DNA from: Terriglobia bacterium | GTDB taxonomy: Bacteria > Acidobacteriota > Terriglobia > Bryobacterales > UBA6623 | Direction of reading: 5' to 3' | DNA length: 64,000 bases | Assembly: GCA_009838515.1 (NCBI GenBank) | Contig: VXRL01000040.1 | Location: 32,949-96,948, forward strand | Shown: one piece after another, positions 1-11,700 of the stretch | Layout of the letters: each line of letters begins with the position of its first letter | Position numbering within the stretch: position 1 is the stretch's first letter | Position numbers and translations under genes: made by a program | The notes under the pieces: generated by a model | What the model saw: the letters and a program-made list of their open reading frames with translations, nothing else | Databases searched by the model: none | Told to the model about the DNA's origin: nothing

Positions 1-142
1 GCACATCGCGAACTGGGCTGCGACCAGTAGCCAAGACTTGTCAGCGACGTGAGGCATAAGCCTACCGAGGCCGGCTGCTGCGCGGCTTGCCAGGCTCCAT
101 TCCGCAGCTTACGGCCAAGCGGCGCCTCTTGTCACGCCCCTG

Positions 143-178
143 AGAAAAACGAGCCCGCCGAGCAAGGCCGACGGGCTC
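143..178 (-). terminator. Rho-independent terminator candidate downstream of the TonB receptor gene
   Basis: On the minus strand, about 32 nt after the TAG stop (213-211): GAGCCCGTCGG-ccttgc-TCGGCGGGCTC, an 11-bp stem including 2 G-U pairs, followed by GTTTTTC. Confidence 0.5.
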
Positions 179-210
179 GCGAGTGTACGGCCGAAGTCTG
201 CAATCGGCTC

Positions 211-3200
211 CTAGAAGTACACCTTGAGGCCCATCTGGATCTGGCGGGCCAGGTTCGCAGTGCCAAGCACGCGGCCGAAGTTCCCCCTGCTAATATTCGC
301 CGCCGGCGCACGGTACTGCGGCGAATTGAAGCCGTTGAAGAGCTCAACACGGTACTCGACCCGCAGGTCTTCTTTGATCGAGAAGATCTTGAAGAACGAA
401 AAGTCGACATTGTTGATACCGTCCGCCCGCAAGCTGTTGCGACCGGCGTTGCCAAACGTGCCCTGCTGCGGCACTGCGAAGGCACTCCTGTTCAGCCATA
501 CTGCCGTCGTGGGGTTGGCAGGATTGGGATCTCCCACATAGTCGGGGCGGTAGAAGCGCCCGTTGCCAGGCGTACCCGTCCCGGCGATATCACCGTTGAT
601 ACTCGGCGTGTAGGGCTGGCCTGACGTGAACAGCGCCAAGCCGTTGAACTTCCAGCCGCCCAGGATCGCGTTCAGCGCCGCGCTGGACGAGCGGAACGGC
701 AGTTCGAGGACCCAATTGAAGTTCAGGTTGTGCGTCAGGTCGATGCCCGCAACGCTGCGGCTCGAGTTGAAGTCGTAAGGGTTCTGCACCGAGCAATTCT
801 CCACGAACCAGCCAGTGCAGCCGATGTCGATGGCCTTGGCCCATGTGTAGTTGACCATGAACGATAGCCCCTTCGAGAATCGCCGGTTGTACTGGGTCTG
901 CAACGAGTGGTAGCTGCTGCGCCCCCAAGAGGTGAGGTAGTTGTTGGCTCGGAAGAGCGGAAATGGCGCCCTCTGCCGCCATTCAGAGCGCCTGCCGGGC
1001 GTGAGCGCCACGTTGTAGTAGGTGCCCAGTGGCAGGCGCCGGTTGCCCGACCCGACATAGTTCACCTGCAGCATCGTCGAATCGTCGAGTTGGCGCTGAA
1101 CGCCGAAGTTCCACTGCATCGAATAACTGTTCTTCATGCGTGGATCGGAATACCAGGCACCTTGGTTATACGGTGTCGCCGTAGGCAGAATGCCGGTGGG
1201 TGCTGGATTCTTGGCCGAAACGCTGGGAATTGAATCGGGTGGATTTGTGTTGTTCTCCAGTTTCCGTCCGACATCCGGCCAGGTGTGGCCAAGGTTCTGG
1301 GTGTTTTGTGTTACACCAGCGAAGTTGTCAAAGTAAATGCCCGACGAGGCGCGAATCGCCGTGCGGTCGTTCAAGCGATAGGCGAAACCGAGGCGTGGCT
1401 GCCAGCTCATCGGCCAAGGATCCTGCACGTAGCCGGGCGTGACCCGGACTCGATCCGGCAACGCCCCGTCAGGGTCTGGCAAGCAGGGTGCCACGCCTTT
1501 GACCGCGCAGGTGGGCGGCGCGGCCGTGATCCAGTAGATGCCCTCGTTGTAGTCGATGTTGCCGAACTCGACCGTGTTCTCTTCGGGATTGCCAAATTGC
1601 GGCAGCACAGTGCTGTCGAGGCGCACGCCAAAGTTGATCGTCAGCTTGGACGTGGCCTTCCACGAGTCTTGGCCGAAGAATGACCACAGAGCTCCGCCCC
1701 GAGCGCGTTTGTGGAAATCACGTCTGGACCATTGATTCGGCACATTCAGCAGAAACGACGCCAGCGGATGCCCGGTAGCGCCGGGATTGTCAGGGCTAGC
1801 CGTGCCCACTGTGGAAAAACTATTCGAGTGGTCGTTGGTTGTGCCGAAATGGCCGATGATGTTGTACTCGGCACCGAACTTGAGCGTGTGGGTGCCCGCA
1901 ATCTTGGTGTAGTCGCCCTTGTACTGCCACGTGTCGCTCGTGCGCGTGAAACCAATTCGCTCGCCGCCGCCAAAATACTGCGCAACACCGACGTTTGGGA
2001 CGAAGGATGTTCCGCCACGGAAGCCCCCAGCGAAATCGGGATTCCAGCCGACCGTGGAAATGAAATCCGCAGGGATGTTGACGAACGAATTGCCCGTATC
2101 GCGCTTGACGTCGGTCCTCGCGAAGGAAAACGTCATGATGCTGGTCGGGTCAAAGGTATGCACCCAGTTCGCGGCCACATTCAGATTGTCAACGTCCACA
2201 AAACTCGTAAAGCCCTGGCGCCCAGCCGAACGGATATTGTCATTGTTCTGAGCGCTGTAGCGTACATAGGCGGTATCGGATTCGCTGAAGTGATGGTCGA
2301 CACGTCCGGACAACTCATATTGATCCAGAGCCGTGCCTGTGGTATCGCGCTGGTTAAGGTTGCCGAGGTCGGTGCCGAGGTCGATCGGTGCGGGCACCGT
2401 CTGGTCCAAGTAGTAGAGGAACCCCTGGTCTAGCCGACTGGCGGGGATCATGTTGTCGGCGAACGCATCCCGCACGGCATTGCCATCGGGTCCGATCCGG
2501 GTTGAGTACGGATCGTAGATCTGCCGCGCCGAGTCGCTGAGATCGCCAGCCTTATTCGCGGCCGTGGGCACCCGGTAGTTGCGGTTTGCCGGCCCCCGAT
2601 TGGTGAAGCCTTGGAAGGCACCGTAGAAAAATGTCTTGTTCCTGAGGATCGGGCCGCCGACGGTGGCACCGAACATGTTCTGTGCAAGCGACGCTTTATC
2701 TCTCAAGAACGTATTGCGGGCGTCCAAGTTGTCGTTGCGCATGAATTCCCAGAGACTGCCGTGGATCTCGTTGCTTCCCGATTTGGTGACAACGTTGATC
2801 ACGCCACCGGTGACGCCTCCGAACTCGGCGAGGTCGTTGTGCGACTGCACCTTGAACTCTTGGATGGCATCCAAGATCGGCGGCACTGCGTAGGTACTGG
2901 TCATCGTGCCTTGGTTGTTCACGCCATCGGTGAGGAACAGATTGCTGCGGTTGTTCTGACCATTGATCGACGGAAAGCTAAACGTGCCGACCGACGTGCT
3001 GCCGAAGCCGCCCCTGTTCTGCGCCACGTTGACAGGCGAGGCCCCTGGAGTGAGCATCAGCAGCTGGGTGAAGTTACGGCCATTGAGCGGCAGGTCCACG
3101 ACCTGCTGCTCGGTCATCGCCGTGCCCAGCTCTGACGACGACGCCTGCACCTGAGCACCGATGGCCTCGACGGTCACGGACTCGGTCACTGCGCCGACTT

Positions 3201-3558
3201 CGAGTACGACATCAAAGGTCGCCGTCTGATTCACCACCAGCGAGAACGGTTCAACAGCCGACGTGCGGAAGCCCTCCGCCGTCGCCTCGATGGTGTAGTA
3301 GCCCGGCAGGACGCTGACGAATCCGTAGCGGCCCACGGCGTTGGTTTCCGCGCGCCGTTCGATGCCGGTTTCAACGCTGGTCAGAACGACTTCCGTCCCC
3401 GGCACAACAGCTCCCTGCTGGTCGGTGATCGTTCCGTTGACGGCCGAACTGGAAGCCTGGCCGAAGGCAAGGCCCGCGGCGACGGTCAGCGCGCAAGCCA
3501 GCAGGAACGCCTTCCTGAGGGCACGCGAAGCACGTGATTCGTGGATGATCGACATCAT
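211..3558 (-). CDS. TonB-dependent receptor with N-terminal carboxypeptidase-regulatory-like domain
   Basis: ORF 211..3627 trimmed to the ATG at 3558 (GGAG just upstream; signal peptide ...LAFGQASS). CarboxypepD_reg-like N-terminus (GTITDQQGAVVPGTEVVLTSVETG...GRYGFVSVLPGYYTIEA). Plug and barrel motifs (VDLPLNGRNFTQLL, INVVTKSGSNE). C-terminal ...GLKVYF with the terminal Phe typical of outer-membrane barrels. Confidence 0.9.
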   Translation of the reverse strand: MMSIIHESRASRALRKAFLLACALTVAAGLAFGQASSSAVNGTITDQQGAVVPGTEVVLTSVETGIERRAETNAVGRYGFVSVLPGYYTIEATAEGFRTSAVEPFSLVVNQTATFDVVLEVGAVTESVTVEAIGAQVQASSSELGTAMTEQQVVDLPLNGRNFTQLLMLTPGASPVNVAQNRGGFGSTSVGTFSFPSINGQNNRSNLFLTDGVNNQGTMTSTYAVPPILDAIQEFKVQSHNDLAEFGGVTGGVINVVTKSGSNEIHGSLWEFMRNDNLDARNTFLRDKASLAQNMFGATVGGPILRNKTFFYGAFQGFTNRGPANRNYRVPTAANKAGDLSDSARQIYDPYSTRIGPDGNAVRDAFADNMIPASRLDQGFLYYLDQTVPAPIDLGTDLGNLNQRDTTGTALDQYELSGRVDHHFSESDTAYVRYSAQNNDNIRSAGRQGFTSFVDVDNLNVAANWVHTFDPTSIMTFSFARTDVKRDTGNSFVNIPADFISTVGWNPDFAGGFRGGTSFVPNVGVAQYFGGGERIGFTRTSDTWQYKGDYTKIAGTHTLKFGAEYNIIGHFGTTNDHSNSFSTVGTASPDNPGATGHPLASFLLNVPNQWSRRDFHKRARGGALWSFFGQDSWKATSKLTINFGVRLDSTVLPQFGNPEENTVEFGNIDYNEGIYWITAAPPTCAVKGVAPCLPDPDGALPDRVRVTPGYVQDPWPMSWQPRLGFAYRLNDRTAIRASSGIYFDNFAGVTQNTQNLGHTWPDVGRKLENNTNPPDSIPSVSAKNPAPTGILPTATPYNQGAWYSDPRMKNSYSMQWNFGVQRQLDDSTMLQVNYVGSGNRRLPLGTYYNVALTPGRRSEWRQRAPFPLFRANNYLTSWGRSSYHSLQTQYNRRFSKGLSFMVNYTWAKAIDIGCTGWFVENCSVQNPYDFNSSRSVAGIDLTHNLNFNWVLELPFRSSSAALNAILGGWKFNGLALFTSGQPYTPSINGDIAGTGTPGNGRFYRPDYVGDPNPANPTTAVWLNRSAFAVPQQGTFGNAGRNSLRADGINNVDFSFFKIFSIKEDLRVEYRVELFNGFNSPQYRAPAANISRGNFGRVLGTANLARQIQMGLKVYF

Positions 3559-3660
3559 GTCTCCTCTAGTTTTGCTGCCAAGATAAAGGCGGGGCATATC
3601 TAGGAGCCCCCCAACCCCAATCCGCACGCCGTCAAGTATACGGCATCGCAGAAAACGTCA

Positions 3661-5421
3661 ATGCCCACACTACACATTGGAGGGTGCTTGTTTGCAGCCA
3701 CGGTTGCCCTAGCCATTGCCCCCGGACACGGTATTGCCCAGAGCATGGCATCGGCCGAGCGGCGAGCGATGCCGCCTCTTCGCTTGCCGGACGGCTTGGT
3801 GCCACCACGAGCCGATTTTGTCGACATAGCGGAGAGGGCGGGCTTGACGCTCGGCCAAGATCCAATGGCGGCCGGGGACATGACCTACCTGACGGAGACC
3901 ACGGGAGGAGGGGTCGCCCTGATTGACTACGACAACGACGGCCTGCTGGACGTGTTCTTCGTAGGCTCGGTGAATTCGGACTCAGACGTCCCGGCGGTAG
4001 CGCACCGGCTATACCGCAACCGAGGCGATCTGCGCTTCGACAATGTTACTGCCGAAGCGGGCTTGCGGAGCACAGGTTGGGGGCAAGGGGTGTGCGCGGG
4101 AGATGTCGACCGAGACGGCTACGTGGATCTCTTTATCACCAACTGGGGCGCGGACTCCCTGCTGCGCAACCTCGGCGGCACAGGCTTCAGAGACGAAGCA
4201 GAGCGTCGTGGGCTGGCGGGAGGGCCAGATCGCTGGAGCACCGGCTGCAGTTTTCTCGACTCTGATCGTGACGGAGACTTGGACCTCTTCGTGGCGCACT
4301 ACGTGGAGTTCGACCAAGCCACTACTCCGCTGCCGGGCGAAGCCCCCCAATGCGCGTGGAAGGGAGCGCCGATTCCGTGCGGCCCGCGGGGGCTGGCCGC
4401 CGAGTCCATGTCTCTGTTCTCCAACGACGGGTCGGGCCACTTCGAAGATGTTTCGGTACGCTCAGGCGTCGCGACAGCGAAGCGCTATCACGGCTTGGGC
4501 GTGCTCACCTCGGACTTCAACGGCGATGGCTGGCCTGATGTGTTCGTGGCCTGCGATTCCACCGCGAATCTGCTTTTCCGCAATGCCGGCGACGGGACGT
4601 TCGAGGAGATCGGCCTCCTTTCCGGCGTCGCTTACGACGAAGACGGCCACGAGCAGGCGGGGATGGGCGTAGCGGAGGCGGATTACGACGGCGATGGGCG
4701 GAGTGACCTGTTCGTGACCAACTTCGCGGCCGATACCAATACGCTCTATCGAAACACGGCGGGCGGCCAGTTCCGTGACGCGACGGTGATAGCCGGTCTC
4801 GCCACGGTGACTGCATTTGTCGGCTGGGGAACCGAGTTCCTTGACTTCGACCTCGATGGCTGGCCGGACATCTTCGTGGCCAACGGGCATGTTGCGCCGA
4901 GCGTGGACGAAGCAGGCATCGGCGAGAGCTTCGCCCAGCCGCGCCTGCTCTTTTGGAATCGAGGCGACGGCAAGTTTCATCCGATCTCGACTCAAGCGGG
5001 GAGCGCCTTCAGCGCTGCACACCCGTCACGCGGAGTTGCGACAGGAGACCTAGATAACGACGGGGACGTGGAGGTCGTGGTTGTCAATGTCGGCCAGTCC
5101 CCTTCCCTGTTGCAGGATCGCAGCGAGCGGTCTACGAACTGGCTAATAGTGCGGGCGATCGCTGAGCCAGGCAGGGACGCCGTCGGCGCACGGGTGACAG
5201 TTCGGGCAGACGGTTTCCAACGCACTTCGGAAGTTCGCAGTGGGGGCGGGTACTTGTCTCAAAGTGATCTTCGCCTGAGCTTTGGCTTGGGAGACCTGAG
5301 CTCGGTGGAGATCGAGGTCCTGTGGCCCTCCGGCCTCAGCAGGAGCGCCGGAACCTTTGCAGCCAACCAGATCGTGACCATCTCGGAGCCACGGCAGTTG
5401 CCTGCCGCCAGTACTCCATGA
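3661..5421 (+). CDS. CRTAC1-family protein (FG-GAP/VCBS repeats plus ASPIC/UnbV C-terminal domain), exported
   Basis: Signal peptide. Repeated DxDxDGxxD FG-GAP-like motifs (DYDNDGLLDVFFVG, DVDRDGYVDLFITN, DSDRDGDLDLFVAH, DFNGDGWPDVFVA, DYDGDGRSDLFVTN, DFDLDGWPDIFVANG, DLDNDGDVEVVVVN). UnbV/ASPIC-like end (GARVTVRADGFQRTSEVRSGGGYLSQSDLRLSFGLG...VLWPSG). Confidence 0.85.
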   Translation: MPTLHIGGCLFAATVALAIAPGHGIAQSMASAERRAMPPLRLPDGLVPPRADFVDIAERAGLTLGQDPMAAGDMTYLTETTGGGVALIDYDNDGLLDVFFVGSVNSDSDVPAVAHRLYRNRGDLRFDNVTAEAGLRSTGWGQGVCAGDVDRDGYVDLFITNWGADSLLRNLGGTGFRDEAERRGLAGGPDRWSTGCSFLDSDRDGDLDLFVAHYVEFDQATTPLPGEAPQCAWKGAPIPCGPRGLAAESMSLFSNDGSGHFEDVSVRSGVATAKRYHGLGVLTSDFNGDGWPDVFVACDSTANLLFRNAGDGTFEEIGLLSGVAYDEDGHEQAGMGVAEADYDGDGRSDLFVTNFAADTNTLYRNTAGGQFRDATVIAGLATVTAFVGWGTEFLDFDLDGWPDIFVANGHVAPSVDEAGIGESFAQPRLLFWNRGDGKFHPISTQAGSAFSAAHPSRGVATGDLDNDGDVEVVVVNVGQSPSLLQDRSERSTNWLIVRAIAEPGRDAVGARVTVRADGFQRTSEVRSGGGYLSQSDLRLSFGLGDLSSVEIEVLWPSGLSRSAGTFAANQIVTISEPRQLPAASTP

Positions 5422-5558
5422 CTCGGGTCTCCGGACGCGGCCTCGTGCCCCGCACCTCATCTGGCGATCCGTCACAGCTGACACAGATCGTGGCGGCAAT
5501 GCTGGTCGAGCCGGTTACCACCCCCGGCCGCTGAAGTCGCTCCCGAGGGGCCAGCCGC

Positions 5559-5587
5559 GCTCCGCCGGACGCAGCTCCCGGCGGAGC
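5559..5587. terminator. GC-rich hairpin between convergent genes (possible bidirectional terminator)
   Basis: Perfect 10-bp stem GCTCCGCCGG / CCGGCGGAGC with a 9-nt loop, between the CRTAC1 stop (5421) and the TPR gene stop (5658). No U-tract. Confidence 0.3.
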
Positions 5588-5657
5588 TCGACGAGCGCTG
5601 CCGCGCTCCTAACCCCGCCGATCCCCGGGCACGTCCCGCGCATCGTGCGCTACGCCG

Positions 5658-8264
5658 TCAGTTGGACGTGGGGGCCCTGCTCTTGTACGCCGAAATGAGC
5701 TTCAACGATATCTTGATATCTTCATCCGAGGGGAGTAAGCCAGACGCCACTCGGAGCGATGCCTCCGCTTTGTCCAGATTCCCCGATCGAGCGTAGATTA
5801 TGCCTAGGTTCTTGTGGAGCAGAGCCTTGGTAGGGCATTCGCCGCAGACGTTGATCGCTTCGAGAAGCTGTCCGACCGCTTCAGGCCAGTCGCGTGCGTC
5901 GGCGGAGGCGAGCGCAAAGTTTCCAAGCGTCTCCGCACGATCCGTGATGCGCCGCTCCTCACGGTGCTTTCGGAATCTCTCCTGGAAGGCAGCGGCTTCC
6001 TCCGGGCTGGTATCCCGCAGTGCCCGAGCCAAGTTATAGAGCGCTTGCCCGTGATCCGGGTTGACGCCCACGGCGCGTCGCCAATACCCGATAGCTGTCC
6101 GCATGTCATCGGCTTGGGAATGGTGGAGCCCCAGTTGGTAGAGGGCGTCAGCATCGGAAGGCCGCGCCGCGACGACCTGCTGCAACAGCTCGCGCGACCG
6201 GGCGGCGCTGCCCCGCTGTTTCTCAATCATTGCGAGCAAGTAAACGGCCTCGGCCACACCCGGGGCCGCCTCGAATTCCGCACGAGCGTCTTCGTGTCGG
6301 CCGAGGTCATACAGCACGCGGCCCTTGTTGTAACGGGTTGCCGCCGATTCTGGGGCCAATTCGACCGCGGTCGTGAAGGATGCGAGCGCCCCCTCCAAGT
6401 CGTATTGATCCGCCTGCACTATGCCAAGGTTTAGGTGCGCTTCAGCCGAACTAGGATTGGCTCGGGCAATCTCGGAGAACCTCTCTATGGCCTCCTCAAG
6501 GCGTCCCTGTTTAGCCAGCGCGATGCCCAAAGATGTCTGAATCTCGGTGTCGTCCGGCGCAAGCGAAAGTGCCTCGCGTATCTGTTCCTCGGCGTCTTGG
6601 AGTTGACCTTGATCCGCCAGCACGAGGCCTAGGTTCAAGTGCGCCCTAGCGTAGTTCGGCTTCAACTCGATGGCCCTCCTGAAGAGTTCCATGGCACGTT
6701 CGGAGCGGCCGTTCCGAGCAACCACAAAGCCGAGGTTGTTCGCGGCTTCGGCGAAGTCGGGGTTCAGCGACAAGGCCCTCTCGAACGCCGCCTCAGCCTC
6801 CTTAACTGTGCCGTCCGCAAGATAGGCCAGCCCGAGATCGTTGTGGGCTTGGTACATCTCGGAATCGAGTTCGACAGCCCGCTCAAGGGCGCTTCGTTTC
6901 CCCTCTTTCTCCCCAAGCCGCCCCAGGGCGATCGAAAGGTTGTAGTAAGTTTCGGCGCTGGTCCCACTGAGATCTAGTGCCGCTCGGTACAGCTCCGCCG
7001 CGCCCTCGGGATCGCCTTCTCGGAGCTTGTCGTTGCCCCGGTTTGCCAGCATCGAGGCCTCGTTGACCTGTTGGCCGCCCTTCTTGCGCAGCTCAAATTC
7101 TGCAAACTCCCTCCGTGCAGCCTCTGTCTCGTCCAGCCGCAGCAGCACATTGCCGAGTTGGTATTGGATGTCGGCGTTGTCCGGACCGAGCTCTTTTGCT
7201 CGCTCTAGGTGCCGCCGCGCCTGTTCGAGTTGCCCTCGCCGCATCAGGACGAAGCCGAGGTTGTAGCGCACATCAGCATGATCTGGATTGAGCTCGTTGG
7301 CCCTCAAGAGCGCGCCTTCCGCTTCTTCCAAGCGTCCAAGCTGCCGTAGCGCGACGCCTTGGACGTGCTTGGCATCAAACTCGGAAAAGGGCTGCGGACG
7401 ACTCGCGATGTATCGGGTCGCAGCTTGCAACGCCTCACTGTATTTGTGCAGGCGAACGAGAACCTTGGCCAGAGCCAGCCGGGCGGCTTCGTGGCTGGTC
7501 TCGATTGCCAGCGCCTCTCGAAGAGATCGCTCCGCGTCTTCGTAGCGTTCCTGTCGGGCGTATACGGTTCCCAGATTGAAGTGCGCGACCGCGGCCCGCG
7601 AGTGGACCCGCGCAGAGTCCTCCAACACTTCGATGGCTCGCTCAACGAGGTTGCTCTCTGCATACGCTATGCCGAGACTCAGATGGATGTCTAGATCGTA
7701 GGGACGCAGCTGGGCGAGCTGGCGCAGGGGTGGGATGGCCGCCTCCGGTCGACCTGCTGCCATCCAAGCATCTGCCAGAGCTTGCGCTGCGTCGACCGAC
7801 TGTGGATCTATTCTCTGGGCAGCGGCGAATTCCCGAGCGGCGACTGCATGATTGCCTGACTCTGCTAGCGCTGTACCGTGAGCCATCCGTCCCTCGAAGA
7901 AATCGGGAGCATTTCGGCTGAGCTCTGCTAGGTGCCGCACAGCCTCCGGCAGATGCCCTCGTTGCATGTGGGCGAGCCCTAGGTTGAACCTAGACTCCAC
8001 CGAGTCGGGATCGAGCGTCAGGGCATGGCGAAACGCCGCGACGGCACATGCAGCATCCGACTGCTGGGCGAAGTGCGCTCCGAGCGCGTTATAGAGGTCG
8101 GCCGAACCGTCTTGTGCCATCGCCTGGCGGGCGGCCGGAGGGGGTTCGCATCCGGCGGGAAGCTGGGCCGATGACGGAAGGCCACAGAGCGCCGCGATCC
8201 CCAGAAGGCAGGCCCCGACCGGGCCGACCGCCCTAGGGGCTCGTCCGATGCGCGGCATCGTCAA
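5658..8264 (-). CDS. Tetratricopeptide-repeat (TPR) protein, exported, 868 aa
   Basis: Signal peptide (…AALCGLPSSAQ), then about 20 tandem 34-aa TPR-like units (recurrent A..Y.LG..Y...G....A...F..AL.L.P...A..NLG pattern along the whole ORF). Confidence 0.85.
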   Translation of the reverse strand: MTMPRIGRAPRAVGPVGACLLGIAALCGLPSSAQLPAGCEPPPAARQAMAQDGSADLYNALGAHFAQQSDAACAVAAFRHALTLDPDSVESRFNLGLAHMQRGHLPEAVRHLAELSRNAPDFFEGRMAHGTALAESGNHAVAAREFAAAQRIDPQSVDAAQALADAWMAAGRPEAAIPPLRQLAQLRPYDLDIHLSLGIAYAESNLVERAIEVLEDSARVHSRAAVAHFNLGTVYARQERYEDAERSLREALAIETSHEAARLALAKVLVRLHKYSEALQAATRYIASRPQPFSEFDAKHVQGVALRQLGRLEEAEGALLRANELNPDHADVRYNLGFVLMRRGQLEQARRHLERAKELGPDNADIQYQLGNVLLRLDETEAARREFAEFELRKKGGQQVNEASMLANRGNDKLREGDPEGAAELYRAALDLSGTSAETYYNLSIALGRLGEKEGKRSALERAVELDSEMYQAHNDLGLAYLADGTVKEAEAAFERALSLNPDFAEAANNLGFVVARNGRSERAMELFRRAIELKPNYARAHLNLGLVLADQGQLQDAEEQIREALSLAPDDTEIQTSLGIALAKQGRLEEAIERFSEIARANPSSAEAHLNLGIVQADQYDLEGALASFTTAVELAPESAATRYNKGRVLYDLGRHEDARAEFEAAPGVAEAVYLLAMIEKQRGSAARSRELLQQVVAARPSDADALYQLGLHHSQADDMRTAIGYWRRAVGVNPDHGQALYNLARALRDTSPEEAAAFQERFRKHREERRITDRAETLGNFALASADARDWPEAVGQLLEAINVCGECPTKALLHKNLGIIYARSGNLDKAEASLRVASGLLPSDEDIKISLKLISAYKSRAPTSN

Positions 8265-8648
8265 CAGTATGGCGCATTCATCCCATATCGAAGCGTGGGC
8301 GTGTCCCCCGAACTCGAACTCGGTGGACCTACGAAACGCTGCTTGGCAGGGAAACTACGCACCCCAATAGACAGCGTCGGAAGTCGATCAGAACATCCCG
8401 TTGTCCGTTGACTTTCGTTTCCGATCACGCGCGAGTTGCGGTGCGCAAGTTTGCCACAGAATTGGGACGCTGGCGCCTTGAACTGCACGGCATTCTCAAG
8501 CCCCTAGGACTGCAGGCCGTGGGATGTGCGCCCGCAGCTCCCGCGCGATAACCGGGTGGATCATTCAAGACTGGACTAGAAAATGGCCTCGCGAATCATG
8601 TAGCTATTGACGATCTTGCGGATCTATCGTCCGAGGCCTCGAAGCTCG

Positions 8649-8677
8649 TTGACAGCATCGGGAAGCGGTGGTATTCT
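8649..8677 (+). promoter_or_regulatory. Sigma70-like promoter candidate for the second TonB receptor gene
   Basis: TTGACA (8649-8654), 17-nt spacer, TATTCT (8672-8677), about 110 nt upstream of the ATG at 8786. Confidence 0.3.
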
Positions 8678-8785
8678 CCTACCGCCTGAGAAAATTCGGG
8701 ATCGGCGCGCAGGAGCTACTCACTTCATTTCAAGGGTGGCGAGAGTACGCCGTAGCGAGATCGTGCGATCAGGAGGATCCGCCCC

Positions 8786-11700
8786 ATGCCCTCACCTACT
8801 GCACTGAGAAGTGCGACTGCGTCGCTTGCCATTGCGTTGGCATGCATATTCGTCGTCCTACCGAACCACTTATCAGCACAGGTGTCTACGGCCACCATCA
8901 ACGGTACGGTCCGAGACGCAACCGGCGCTGTCGTCCCAGACTCCGACCTAGTCCTGCAGAGCGTTGAGACCGGCATCGAGCGCCGGAGCGTGAGCAACTC
9001 GGTCGGCGTGTATACCTTTGTGAGCATCACACCTGGAATCTACGTGCTCTCCGCCAGCAAGGAGGGATTCAGGACGAGCTCGCTTCAGCCATTCACGCTG
9101 GCGGTCAATCAAACCGCGACATTCGACTTTGCTTTGGAGATCGGCGCGGTGGCGGAGACCGTGACAGTGGAAGCCGTTGGTGCAGAGGTGCAGAGTTCGA
9201 CTGCTGAGCTGGGATCCGTGATGGCTGAGAACCAAGTAGTCGACCTGCCCCTAAACGGCCGCAACTTCACGCAGCTGTTGACGCTCACTCCCGGGGCCTC
9301 GCCCATCAGCACTTCGCAGAATCGCGGGGGCTTCGGCAGTTCGGCGATCGGCGAGTTCGCGTTTCCTGCGATGAACGGACAGAGCAATCGAAGTAACTTC
9401 TTCCTTACCGATGGCGTGATCAATCAGGGCTCGATGGTAAGCACCTACGCAACTCCACCGATCATTGACGCGATTCAGGAGTTCAAGGTTCAGACTCATA
9501 ATGACCAGGCGGAATTCGGCCAGGGGACTGGAGGGATCGTCAACGTCGTCACGAAATCCGGCACGAACGAACTGCACGGCACGCTCTGGGAGTTCATTCG
9601 CAATGACAATCTCGACTCGCGGAACTTCTTCCGCAGGAACGTAGTACCGCTCTCCCAGAACATGTACGGAGCGACGGTGGGCGGTCCGGCCGTCCGCAAC
9701 AAGACGTTCTTCTTCTTCGCATGGCAGGGATTCAAGAGGCGTACACCCGCCAACCGCCTTTACCGCGTTCCCACGGACGCGAACCTAATGGGAGACCACA
9801 GCGACTGGCCTGCCCAGATCTACGACCCCCAATCGACACGCGAGGACGCAGCAAGTGGCACGTTCATTCGTGATCCGTTCGCGAACAACATGATCCCGCA
9901 GAGCCGACTCGATTCGGGATTCGTAAGTTACGCGCAGCAAACCATACCCAAGCCGATCTCTACCGGCGTAGCGGACCGCAATCAGCTCGACACAACGAAT
10001 TCGTCGCTGGACCAAGACGAATTCAACGTCCGCGGAGATCACAACTTCAGCGCGAGCGACATGATTTGGGGGCGCGTTAGCTGGTCGGACCTCGGTCAAA
10101 CCGGGTCGGCAGGCCGACAGGGCCTAGGTAGCCTTGTCAACATTAGGACGATGAACATCGGGGCCAGCTGGGTCCATACCTTCAGCCCAACGAGCATCCT
10201 GCAGTTCCAGTTTGGGCGAACGACGATCAATCGAGACACCGGCAGCTCGTTCACGAGCGCGGTGGATCCCACCAGCTTTGGCTTCGAACCGCTATTCTGC
10301 TGCAGCTTCAGAAGCGACCTAGCCCTGATGCCATCCGTCAATGTGGCGCAGTTCTTCTCGGGCGGAGAGCGCGTCGCCAACAACCGCACCTCCGACATCT
10401 ACTCGTACAAGGGGAACTTCACCAAGATCCTTGGCAATCACCAGCTGAAGTTCGGTGCTGAGTACAGCACGAATCGACATTTCGGCGTGACCAATGACCA
10501 CAACGTGGCGTTTGTCCCAGCAAACACAGCGGACCCGCAAACCAACACAGGAGGGAGCCCGCTAGCTTCATGGTTGCTCAACGTGCCCAACAATGCTGGA
10601 CGCCGGGACTTCTTCAAGCGCCTGCATCGGGGTGCGATTGGCGGCTTCTACGTGCAGGACAACTGGAAGGTCACGTCAAAGCTGACGGTCAACATTGGCT
10701 TGCGATACGACCGGACATGGAGTCCAAGGGTTGGTGACTTCGAAGACAGGGGCATTTTCGCTGGGACTCCGGACTTCGAACGGGTCTACGGCGGTCTGTA
10801 CGTCATTCAAGCGAAGCCGGATTCGTGCGCCGCACTGCAGTCGGCACCTTGCATACCGACACCAGATGGCAGCTTGCCTGACGAGGTTCGAGTGTCGCCC
10901 ACTCAGCGGCTCATCGGGGATTGGACGGATAACTGGCAGCCGCGAGTCGGAATCGCATATCGGGTCAGCAACCGAACGGCGATTCGTGCGTCGGGCGGCA
11001 TCTTCTACGACAGCTGGGCTGGAATGAACCAGATGATGCAGGCTCAGGGCCATACTTGGCCGGATGTCGGCCAGCAGCAGTCGGGCAACCTCAATACGCC
11101 GACAAGCGGCAACCCGGTCCCCGGCGTCTCGGCAAAGAATCCGTTCCCGGCAGGGCTGCTGCCCGGCCCCACGCCGTTCAACCGCGTGGCTTGGTACGCA
11201 GATCCCAGCATCAAGAACCAGTACTCAATGCAGTGGAACTTCGGCCTCCAGCACCAAGTGGCGAATGACACGCTAATTTCCGCCAACTACGTAGGATCGG
11301 CGAATCGCCGGGCTCCGCTGGATCACTTCTACAACACGGCGACGACACCCGGCCCGGGAGATCCCGCCGAGCGTAGCCCGTATCCGTTCATCGTGCCGAC
11401 GTTCTGGCAGCGGAGCGTAGGGAGAGCCAGCTACAACGCGTTCCAGTTTCAATTGACGAAGCGTGCGCGCGGGTTCACTTACATGGTGAACTACACCTGG
11501 TCCAAGACAATCAACTTAGCGTGCGACGGATGGTACAACGTCGAAGGATGCTCCACTCAAACACCGTATGATCACGTCCGCGACAAGGGTGTGGCTGGCC
11601 ACGATCTGACGCACATCTTCAATTTCAACTGGGTCTACCAAATTCCGATCGGTCCGGGCATGAAGTCGACGGGAAGCAAGCTTGCCGACTATGTGATCGG

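Noticed and set aside
8678-8785. Possible cobalamin or other riboswitch in the 5' leader of the second TonB receptor
   Set aside because: No B12-box-like GCCACTG element or other riboswitch core I recognise. It would need an Rfam scan to exclude fully.
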